NCBI GenBank assembly: GCA_948543815.1 | Contig: CAOVHW010000002.1 | Location: 13,888 to 77,887 of the forward strand | DNA length: 64,000 nucleotides | Source: an uncultured Eubacteriales bacterium | GTDB taxonomy: Bacteria > Bacillota > Clostridia > Lachnospirales > CAMVHY01 | Direction of reading: 5' to 3' | In this document: piece after piece, positions 20,053-27,900 of the stretch | How the letters are laid out: each line of letters begins with the position of its first letter | How positions within the stretch are numbered: the stretch's first letter is position 1 | Notes under the pieces: model-generated | Seen by the model: only the letters and a program-made list of their open reading frames with translations | Told to the model about the DNA's origin: nothing | Database searches by the model: none | Position numbers and translations under genes: made by a program

Positions 20053-20937
20053 TTATTGTGTTATCTCATCTTCAACATTTTGAAGAAGCGGAGCCTTCGA
20101 TTCATCTAAAGCATTTTGAATTTCTTTACGATTGCGTAAATCAAATGGAATTTCTTTTTTATCAACAACTTTTTCATTTAACTTTGCTTCTACAATTTTA
20201 TTTAATTCTTTATTTACCCTAAATTTATCTGTCAAATAACCGAAAATTCCTATCAACAATAAACTAACAACAGCAAATGCAGCTGCTATTGGCGCAAAAA
20301 TTGTAACTGCCAACGCTCCAACTCCTATTGCTGCACCTAAACCAATTGCTCCAAAGCTAAGTAATCCGCCAAATGTTATTCCTATGCCACCCAAAATTCC
20401 TAACTTTTTATTTTTTGCTTTTCTTTCAGGTAATTCTTTCTTTAAACTTTCTTTTTCTCTTTCATCATGAAATCTACACAAATTTTGAAAAAGTTTTTTT
20501 GACGTTTTATTTAATTCAGAACTTATTTTACATCTATTATCACCTTTAAATACAGATCCATAACAAACGCGATAAAGATTTTTTAAATTTTCACCATCTA
20601 AACTATTTTCTCCACAAGCATTAAGAAATTGAGTTAACAAATAATCATCAAAAAGTAAACTTTTAAATTTATTCAAAAACATTTTTACACACTCTGCATC
20701 CAAGCTTTCTTTTCTACAATCTAAAAAAAAGTACAATGATAAATATTTATCAAAATCAATTCCAATTTTCTCCAGCGCATTTAAAATCTGTTTTGCTTCT
20801 TCGGTAGTCAATACATTTTTACCTAATATCGCAAATTTCCAAATCAATTGCCCCCAGCTATATACATTATTTATCTCACTCAAAAAATTTTGAAATTGTT
20901 GCTTGTGTTTTTGCTTTGAAATTTGCTCATCCGACAT
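20053..20937 (-). CDS. hypothetical membrane protein with Gly/Ala-zipper hairpin and K/E-rich tail
   Basis: ORF with a soluble N-domain, then LGILGGIGITFGGLLSFGAIGLGAAIGVGALAVTIFAPIAAAFAVVSLLLIGIFGY, then a charged tail. The likely start is MSDEQ at 20937, after GGTGAT. Confidence 0.55.
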   Translation of the reverse strand: MSDEQISKQKHKQQFQNFLSEINNVYSWGQLIWKFAILGKNVLTTEEAKQILNALEKIGIDFDKYLSLYFFLDCRKESLDAECVKMFLNKFKSLLFDDYLLTQFLNACGENSLDGENLKNLYRVCYGSVFKGDNRCKISSELNKTSKKLFQNLCRFHDEREKESLKKELPERKAKNKKLGILGGIGITFGGLLSFGAIGLGAAIGVGALAVTIFAPIAAAFAVVSLLLIGIFGYLTDKFRVNKELNKIVEAKLNEKVVDKKEIPFDLRNRKEIQNALDESKAPLLQNVEDEITQ

Positions 20938-21751
20938 AAAAATCACCACACTTTTAAAAAATTTAATCGTAATCGTATATAAAATATTATAATAAAAATT
21001 GAAACAAAATTCAAAAATTGAGTAAAAAAAACAGACAAAATAATTTGTCTGCTTTTTGTGTAAAAATTTTTTAAAAAAAAAGGCGGTAAAAAAATTTCAA
21101 CTGCCTTATATATTTCATGAAAAATCAAATTTACTAAAAAATAAAATTTAAAATCTGAAGATATATTTAGGATAAATATATGTTAAATGAAAAAATAAAA
21201 ATTAAGAAAGAAACTATATTAGAAGCGTCCAAGTTTTTGCGATAAATATTTATTTTTAATAGAATAAAATCATCATAATAAATATAATAATTCAAATTAA
21301 TACCATAAAGTATGAACGAAAACATTGGTTATTAAATAATAAAAATGTAAATATATTTCATATATGATTAACTTTAAATTGCGCACAAAAATAATTCGAG
21401 CATTATGTATTATTAAACGCATTAATAATTTGTAATTTTTATTATAAATTTTTTTGCTATCTTAAAATAAAATAATTTGATAAAGAACCACCATTTTTTT
21501 AGTTCTCATAGTAAAATTTATATATGCAATAAATTTGAACAGCTCGCAATTTATTAATAAGTTTTTGTCTAATATTATAGGATAATTGTTTACTCTTAAA
21601 AATTTTGATAGCTATTGTAAAATAAGTTTTTCGTTTTTGCGAACAAACTATTTACTTGCAACTTCCAATTTACACTTATATAATAACATAGACAAATTTA
21701 TATATTAATATATTTTTTAAATAATTAATATAATAAAATGGAGAAATGCTT

Positions 21752-21898
21752 TTGCCAATAATGTCTTTATATAATCTTCTTGACTTAATAATTAAATTCA
21801 TAAATTTAATTATTAAATTTTACAAAAGTACAAAAAAATTACTGCGCCACATGCAAAGGCAAACATTAATTACAATTAATATAAATAGAATTTTATAA
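21752..21898 (+). CDS. candidate small amphipathic peptide (45-48 aa)
   Basis: Hand-called: (L)PIMSLYNLLDLIIKFINLIIKFYKSTKKLLRHMQRQTLITININRIL. GGAGA lies 7 nt before the TTG at 21752, with an in-frame ATG at 21761. There is no other support. Confidence 0.25.
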   Translation: MPIMSLYNLLDLIIKFINLIIKFYKSTKKLLRHMQRQTLITININRIL

Positions 21899-22017
21899 TT
21901 ACTACAAGACACTCTCTAAAATATGGAATCTAAATAGAAAGCTAAAAATTCCTTTTCCAATTATTATATAACTAATTAAACATTATATGCAAGAAATTTT
22001 TTTAAGGAACAAAAATA

Positions 22018-22355
22018 ATGATAAAAATATTTATAAATGCATGGCATGATGAAAAAATCTCGATGCTGTAATTGGAAATATTCACGAAAAAGATATTGTA
22101 TTAAATATTGAATTAAAGTTTGAAAAAGTTTTAAAAGCCTGCAAAATCGAAACATTTGTATATAATTATCGAGATTCAAAATAGCTTAATTGAAACAACA
22201 GTGCACTTGAAAGAGGAAAAATTGAAAACGTTGATCAAACTTTGATGATTTTAGTTAATCCAAAAATTATAAACTCACCAAATTATTGGCTAAAAGCTTG
22301 CGATATTGTTGAATATTTGCCGGATTTATTAATTAATTTCGCTAATAAAATTTAA
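22018..22355 (+). pseudogene. decayed N-acetylmuramoyl-L-alanine amidase (Amidase_3-like) remnant
   Basis: Three frames give consecutive pieces: MIKIFINAWHDEK... (compare KI.IDAGHGG), then ..AVIGNIHEKDIVLNIELKFEKVLKACKIETFVYNYRDSK* (compare G..EKDI.L.IA.KL...L...G.EV.LTR..D), then NNSALERGKIEN..LMILVNPKIINSPNYW...INFANKI* (compare L.ER...AN ... AVLVE.GFI.N). There is a frameshift at an A-run, in-frame stops, and the central part is missing. Confidence 0.5.
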
Positions 22356-22369
22356 TAAAAAATATGATC

Positions 22370-22479
22370 AAAAAAATCTTTGTGCGTTTGCACAAAGATT
22401 TTTTATAAAGTTTTTTCATGAAGCAGCTTTGAAAAAGCTGCTTAGGATTCTTTTTTTTACAAAAAAAAGAATGGTTTTA
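22370..22479 (+). repeat. bipartite hairpin element, copy A (with an extra middle hairpin)
   Basis: AAAAAATCTTTGTG-cgtttg-CACAAAGATTTTTTATAAAGTT, then hairpin AAGCAGCTTT/AAAGCTGCTT, then ATTCTTTTTTTT-ac-AAAAAAAAGAAT+GGTTTTA. Homologous to 35832..35912. Confidence 0.55.
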
Positions 22480-22496
22480 GCTATATAAAAAAAGTA

Positions 22497-22568
<72 letters not shown>

Positions 22569-22576
22569 AATTTAGA

Positions 22577-22648
22577 TGACTCGTAGGGGATTTGAACCCC
22601 TGTTACAGCCGTGAAAGGGCCGTGTCTTAACCACTTGACCAACGAGCC
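22577..22648 (-). tRNA. tRNA-Glu (UUC)
   Basis: Minus strand reads GGCTCGTTGGTCAAGTGGTTAAGACACGGCCCTTTCACGGCTGTAACAGGGGTTCAAATCCCCTACGAGTCA. It is close to the B. subtilis tRNA-Glu pattern, with anticodon UUC. Confidence 0.9.
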
Positions 22649-22658
22649 ATAAAAAAAA

Positions 22659-22730
22659 CTCCCCGAGCAGGATTCGAACCAGCGACCCTTCGGTTAACAG
22701 CCGAATGCTCTACCGCTGAGCTATCGAGGA
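22659..22730 (-). tRNA. tRNA-Asn (GUU)
   Basis: Minus strand reads TCCTCGATAGCTCAGCGGTAGAGCATTCGGCTGTTAACCGAAGGGTCGCTGGTTCGAATCCTGCTCGGGGAG, with anticodon loop CU-GUU-AA. Confidence 0.9.
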
Positions 22731-22846
22731 TTAACATAAAATATAATAACATAAAAAAAGTTACATGTCAAGAGTAAATTTAAAAATATTTTTTCTATGA
22801 AAGAATTGCCTAAAAATTTTTTTTGATGTATAATAACTAAGGGTTA

Positions 22847-22918
22847 GTGCTCATAGCGAAACGGATATCGCGCACCCCTCCTAAGGGTGAATTATGGGTT
22901 CGATTCCCATTGGGCACA
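22847..22918 (+). tRNA. tRNA-Arg (CCU)
   Basis: GTGCTCATAGCGAAACGGATATCGCGCACCCCTCCTAAGGGTGAATTATGGGTTCGATTCCCATTGGGCACA. Acceptor pairing is GTGCTCA/TGGGCAC, the anticodon stem is CACCC/GGGTG, and the loop is CU-CCU-AA. Confidence 0.85.
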
Positions 22919-22950
22919 TTTATTTTTATTACATAAAGGAGTGAGTAAGG

Positions 22951-23430
22951 ATGTTGGCATTTGCCAAGGGAGATAAAATTGTTCATCCAATGTATGGCGC
23001 TGGCGTTATTGATAATATTGAGGAGAAATCAGTAGATGGGCAAACGAAACCTTACTACATAATAAAAATTCCGATTAATGACTTACAAGTAAGTGTTTCA
23101 GTAAATAAGGCAAATTCATTGCATATGCGTCAAGTTTTAGAGAAAACAAAATTGATGGACATAATCGCTAAAGCTGAATTCAAACCTAATGCTTCTAAGA
23201 ATTGGACCACTACTTATAATGAAAATTTACTAAACGTTAAATCAGGTGATATCGAAAAAGTTGCGGGCGTTTTAAAATATCTCTCACATAAAGAACGTGG
23301 AAAAACTTTATCAACTGCCGAGAAAAAATTAATGAACTCGGCAAAACAAATTGTTTTAAGTGAAATAATTTTATCGTGCGGAATAAAAAGAAGTGATGCC
23401 GAATTAATGCTTAAAAAATCAATGGATTAA
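22951..23430 (+). CDS. CarD/CdnL-family transcriptional regulator
   Basis: The N-terminus FAKGDKIVHPMYGAGVIDNIEEK...YYIIKIP is a typical CarD_CdnL_TRCF domain; 159 aa. AAGGAG lies upstream. Confidence 0.85.
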   Translation: MLAFAKGDKIVHPMYGAGVIDNIEEKSVDGQTKPYYIIKIPINDLQVSVSVNKANSLHMRQVLEKTKLMDIIAKAEFKPNASKNWTTTYNENLLNVKSGDIEKVAGVLKYLSHKERGKTLSTAEKKLMNSAKQIVLSEIILSCGIKRSDAELMLKKSMD

Positions 23431-24231
23431 TTTTTCAATTTGTTTCGCAAGTTTTATAAAATTTTCAATGGTTAATGCTTCACCACGGATATTTTTGTCC
23501 AAATTATTTTGGATTAAAATATTCGTTATTTTTTGCTTTGATAATCCGTAAAAATTATCAAGACAATTTATCAAAGTTTTACGACGTTTTGAAAACGCAC
23601 GCTGTACGAGCTCAAACAAAAATTTTTCTTCATGTAAACCTTTCATTGTAAATTTAATTACCATTGATTCAACTTTTGGACGCGGTAAGAATGAATTACT
23701 TGAAACTTTTGTGATTTCTGATATGTCAGCATAAAATTGTGAGAAAATTGATAATGAACCGTAAGATTTTGTTGACGGACGCGCAAAAATTCTTTCACCA
23801 ACTTCTTTTTGTACCATCACAATCATCGATTGAATTTGTAATGTCAAACATTTTGTAATTACGGCTGTAGAGATGTAGTAGGGGAGATTTGAAATGATTT
23901 TTACATTTTTACTGTCAATTAATTTTTGCAAATCAAATTTCAAAATATCAGCATTTATGATTTGCAAATTTTTTTGTGCCACAAATTTTTCTTGCAAAAC
24001 TTTTACTAAATCTTTATCAAGTTCTATCGCAAATATTTTATTCGCATTAAGTAAAAATTGTGTCAAAGTTCCGATGCCCGGCCCAATTTCAATTATCGTA
24101 TCATTTTCAGTTATATCAACTGCATCAATAATTTTCTTGATAATATTTTGGTCAATAAGAAAATTTTGCCCAAATTTCTTTTTTATATTCAAATTATAAT
24201 ATTTCACAGTTTGTAGCGTATTACTTAACAT
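23419..24231 (-). CDS. rsmA: 16S rRNA (adenine1518-N6/adenine1519-N6)-dimethyltransferase
   Basis: KKFGQNFLIDQNIIKKI...IIEIGPGIGTLT...SNLPYYIST are KsgA signatures. Confidence 0.93.
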   Translation of the reverse strand: MLSNTLQTVKYYNLNIKKKFGQNFLIDQNIIKKIIDAVDITENDTIIEIGPGIGTLTQFLLNANKIFAIELDKDLVKVLQEKFVAQKNLQIINADILKFDLQKLIDSKNVKIISNLPYYISTAVITKCLTLQIQSMIVMVQKEVGERIFARPSTKSYGSLSIFSQFYADISEITKVSSNSFLPRPKVESMVIKFTMKGLHEEKFLFELVQRAFSKRRKTLINCLDNFYGLSKQKITNILIQNNLDKNIRGEALTIENFIKLAKQIEKLIH

Positions 24232-24346
24232 TTAAATATTCTCCGTTTTTATAATTTTGTCCGTCGATTGTTAATTTAATTTTATTTGCAAAGTAAATTT
24301 TATGCCATTATATCATAGTAGTGATATAATTTTTGTGGGTGATAAA

Positions 24347-25318
24347 ATGTACGATAAAAATGTTTCTGAATTTGCTAATAATTTTTGTATTGATGAAAAT
24401 AATTATGTGATACAAATGGATGAAGAAGTTTTACCATTTATATCGCAATATGAAAAAAGTGGATATTTTACTGGCGTTGATAATACAAATTTATTTTACA
24501 GAAAATTTGAATTGGAAAATTCAAAAGCTACAGTTGTAATTGTTCACGGTTTTACGGAAAATTCTCAGCGTTATGATGAATTGATTTACTATTTTTTGAA
24601 GCAAAATTATTCGGTTTATATTTATGACCAAAGATGTCATGGTTTATCAGACAGATTGTCGGAAACTTATAACATGGTTTATATAAAAAAATTTGACGAT
24701 TACGTTGAAGATTTAAATAAATTTTTAAATGAGCATGTAAAATCTTCACGAATAATTTTGTACGGACATTCAATGGGTTCAACGGTAATAATAAGATTTT
24801 TGCAGACACAAAATTTTAATGTAGACTTTTGTATATTATCGGCGCCAATGCTTGAAATTTCAACAAAACCTTACCCGCCTAAAGTTGCAAATTTATATTC
24901 TGATGCTGAAGCCGAAAAAAAATATTGTCCCGGACATAATGATTTTGATTTAGAAAATAGACTTAACAATTCCGATTATAAAAATTTTCCTCGATATATT
25001 TATAGTGTCAAAAAAGAATCCGCAAATCCAAAATTAATTACGAGTGGCGCAAGTTTCGGTTGGTTTAAAGAATCAGTAAGAGCAATAAAAAATATATTTA
25101 TGCTAGAAAATCTTGCAAAAATTAAAACGCCGATTGCATTATTTCAATATGAAAATGACAAAACTGTTTTGCCAAATAATCAAAATAAATTTGCAAGTTT
25201 AGTTACAAGCTGCGAAATTTACCGAATAAATGAATCTTTGCATAATATTTATTACATGAATAACAAAATTTTAGGAACATATTTGCAAAAAGTTTTTGAA
25301 CTTCTTGAACAAAAATAA
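24347..25318 (+). CDS. alpha/beta hydrolase (lysophospholipase/monoacylglycerol-lipase-like)
   Basis: VVIVHGFTENSQRYDEL... and the nucleophile elbow GHSMGS. The start is taken at MYDKNV after GGGTGA; the track start is at 24302. Confidence 0.8.
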   Translation: MYDKNVSEFANNFCIDENNYVIQMDEEVLPFISQYEKSGYFTGVDNTNLFYRKFELENSKATVVIVHGFTENSQRYDELIYYFLKQNYSVYIYDQRCHGLSDRLSETYNMVYIKKFDDYVEDLNKFLNEHVKSSRIILYGHSMGSTVIIRFLQTQNFNVDFCILSAPMLEISTKPYPPKVANLYSDAEAEKKYCPGHNDFDLENRLNNSDYKNFPRYIYSVKKESANPKLITSGASFGWFKESVRAIKNIFMLENLAKIKTPIALFQYENDKTVLPNNQNKFASLVTSCEIYRINESLHNIYYMNNKILGTYLQKVFELLEQK

Positions 25319-25343
25319 AACGAACCAAAACGGTTCGTTTTTT
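25316..25343. terminator. bidirectional rho-independent terminator (hydrolase / glyQS convergent pair)
   Basis: AACGAACC-aaaa-GGTTCGTT flanked by an A-run and a T-run. Confidence 0.6.
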
Positions 25344-26718
25344 AATAAGCAATTTTATTTTTTATTTCATCAATTAAATTTTCTATTTTAATTCTGTGTT
25401 GCTGCATAGTATCGCGTTCTCGCAATGTTACGCAATTATCATTTGGTGAATCAAAATCGTATGTGATACAAAATGGCGTACCGATTTCATCTTGACGACG
25501 ATATCGTTTACCAATTGATCCAACTTCGTCAAAATCACACATAAAATGTTTGCTGAGCATTTCGTAAATTTTCATTGATGGTTCAGATAATTTTTTTGAT
25601 AATGGCAAAATAGCAGCTTTAATCGGAGCCAATGCAGGATGTAATTTTAAAACATTTCGTGTTTCATCATTTAATTTTTCTTCACAATATGCATCGCACA
25701 AAAATGCTAACATAACTCTATCGACGCCAACAGATGGTTCAATACAATTAGGTGTAAATTTTTCATTTGTTTGGCTATCAAAATATTTTATATCTTGTCG
25801 TGAGTATTTTTCATGCTGCTGTAAATCAAAATTGCCACGGTCGGCAATTCCCCAAAGTTCTCCCCAACCAAATGGAAATAAATATTCAATATCGCTTGTA
25901 GCATTACTGTAGTGAGACAATTCTTCTTTTTCGTGGTCACGCACTCTGAGATTTTTTTCAGTTAAATTTAAATCTAAAAGCCATTTATAGCAAAAATCAC
26001 GCCAATATGAAAACCATTTTTGACTTTCTTGTGGCGTACAAAAAAATTCAAGTTCCATTTGTTCAAATTCACGTGTTCGAAAAGTGAAATTTCCCGGTGT
26101 AATTTCATTGCGAAAAGATTTACCGATTTGGCCGATTCCAAACGGTAATTTTTTTCGTGACGTACGTAAAACATTATTGAAGTTGACAAAAATCCCTTGA
26201 GCAGTTTCCGGTCGTAAATATGCGACATTTTTATTTTCTTCAGTAACACCGATAAATGTTTTGAACATCAAATTAAATTGACGTATTTCTGTAAAATTAT
26301 TTGCACCACACTCGCCGCATTTAATATTATTTTCGCGGATAAAGTTCATCATTTTTTGATTTGACCACGCTGAAATATTTTCGTTTAAATTATTATCGCG
26401 CATAAAATTTTCAATTAAATGGTCAGCACGAAATCGATTATGACAATTTTTACAATCAATAAGTGGATCAGAAAAGCCACTTAAATGTCCTGATGCTTGC
26501 CAAATTTCTGGATTCATTAATATTGAACTGTCCAAACCAACGTTAAATGATTGTTCTTGAATAAATTTTTTCCACCAAGCTTTTTTGATATTATTTTTCA
26601 ATTCGACACCGAGCGGTCCATAGTCCCAAGTGTTTGCGAGTCCGCCGTAAATTTCGGAACCAGGATAGATAAATCCGCGACCTTTACACAAAGCAATAAT
26701 TTTTTCCAAATCAGCCAT
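25342..26718 (-). CDS. glyQS: glycine--tRNA ligase (homodimeric type)
   Basis: [45 protein letters not shown] is the canonical GlyQS N-terminus, with class II motifs downstream. Confidence 0.95.
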   Translation of the reverse strand: MADLEKIIALCKGRGFIYPGSEIYGGLANTWDYGPLGVELKNNIKKAWWKKFIQEQSFNVGLDSSILMNPEIWQASGHLSGFSDPLIDCKNCHNRFRADHLIENFMRDNNLNENISAWSNQKMMNFIRENNIKCGECGANNFTEIRQFNLMFKTFIGVTEENKNVAYLRPETAQGIFVNFNNVLRTSRKKLPFGIGQIGKSFRNEITPGNFTFRTREFEQMELEFFCTPQESQKWFSYWRDFCYKWLLDLNLTEKNLRVRDHEKEELSHYSNATSDIEYLFPFGWGELWGIADRGNFDLQQHEKYSRQDIKYFDSQTNEKFTPNCIEPSVGVDRVMLAFLCDAYCEEKLNDETRNVLKLHPALAPIKAAILPLSKKLSEPSMKIYEMLSKHFMCDFDEVGSIGKRYRRQDEIGTPFCITYDFDSPNDNCVTLRERDTMQQHRIKIENLIDEIKNKIAY

Positions 26719-26762
26719 TATAATCAACTCCCGCAACAATTATATTTCATTGCGAGGTAAAT

Positions 26763-27650
26763 TTAAAGAAATTTGCGCGCAGTTAAAAAATGTTTAACAT
26801 TGTCATAAAAAATTTTGTCAGTGATTTGTTTGCCATAAAATTTTTTAAACAAATTGTAAACATTTTTCATGTCCGCAACATTTTTTATTGAACTTGGATA
26901 TTTGTCGGCGCCGTCAAAATCACAGCCCAAACAAATATTTTCTTCACCAATTAAATTTAGCAAATGGTCCGTGTGTTTTGCGATATCATTTAAATTTGCA
27001 ATGCCATCCGAAATAAAATCTGAATATAAATTCAAACCGATTAATCCATTTTTTTCTTTGATAGCTAAAATTTGATCGTCGTCTAAATTTCTAGCGTTAT
27101 CACAAATTTTTCGGCAATTTGAATGACTAGCGACGATAGAATTTTTTGAGAGTTTATATACGTCCCAAAAAGTTTTTACAGAGGCATGTGAGACATCGAT
27201 TATCATATTTAATTCATCCATTAATTCTACAACTTCGCCGCCAAATTTTTTCAGCCCGCATTGAGATTTTACGCCGCCGGCCAAATCATTTTCATAATTC
27301 CAAGTGAGTGTGAGTAAAATTACGCCCATATCGTGAAATTTTTTTAGATTATTCAAATTGTTTTCGAGCGCTTCGCCACCTTCTATTGCCAAAAAAAATT
27401 TCATGTTCGTAAAATATGTTTTATATTTCTCAATTTGTTTTGTGTAATATTTTATAAATTCGACAGTATTATCAAATGGTTTTGCTAAATATTTTTTATC
27501 GAGCCATATCGCAAAAAATTGAATAACTGAATCGAATGTTGATAACTTTTTAATATCAACTTGGCAAAAATTTTGATAAATATCGGCGTCGTGCTCAAAC
27601 ATTTTCGTAATTGTATCGCAATGTAAGTCTGCAAAATTTATAGTAACCAC
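26763..27650 (-). CDS. membrane dipeptidase (peptidase M19 family)
   Basis: FADLHCDT... HASVKTFWDV...ASHSN...LGCDFDG is the pattern of M19 dipeptidases. Confidence 0.85.
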   Translation of the reverse strand: MVTINFADLHCDTITKMFEHDADIYQNFCQVDIKKLSTFDSVIQFFAIWLDKKYLAKPFDNTVEFIKYYTKQIEKYKTYFTNMKFFLAIEGGEALENNLNNLKKFHDMGVILLTLTWNYENDLAGGVKSQCGLKKFGGEVVELMDELNMIIDVSHASVKTFWDVYKLSKNSIVASHSNCRKICDNARNLDDDQILAIKEKNGLIGLNLYSDFISDGIANLNDIAKHTDHLLNLIGEENICLGCDFDGADKYPSSIKNVADMKNVYNLFKKFYGKQITDKIFYDNVKHFLTARKFL

Positions 27651-27657
27651 TTCCTTT

Positions 27658-27900
27658 TTAAATTATTGATAAAATTTTAATGCTGATAAGCAAAATTAAA
27701 ATAAGTAGGACAAAATAAAAAATGCATTCCAAAATCATTTTTACTTTTATTATATTTTCACCTTTAATTTTATTGATAATTTTATCGGCTAAAATTAAAT
27801 CAGGTGGAGTTTCTTTCATAACAAATATAACTTCGTCGTAAAATTTTGACTCGTCACCTTTAATTATTATAGTTTTTTGTGGCGCTAAATTTTTTCCCAT
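27658..27900 (-). CDS. small tail-anchored hypothetical protein (80 aa)
   Basis: ORF overlapping the spoIIE stop by 16 nt. The C-terminus ILECIFYFVLLILILLISIKILSII is a single TM segment. No family recognised. Confidence 0.4.
   Translation of the reverse strand: MGKNLAPQKTIIIKGDESKFYDEVIFVMKETPPDLILADKIINKIKGENIIKVKMILECIFYFVLLILILLISIKILSII

Noticed and set aside
26740-26762. Expected T-box leader upstream of glyQS.
   Set aside because: Only 23 nt separate glyQS from the upstream dipeptidase gene, which leaves no room for a T-box of about 200 nt.
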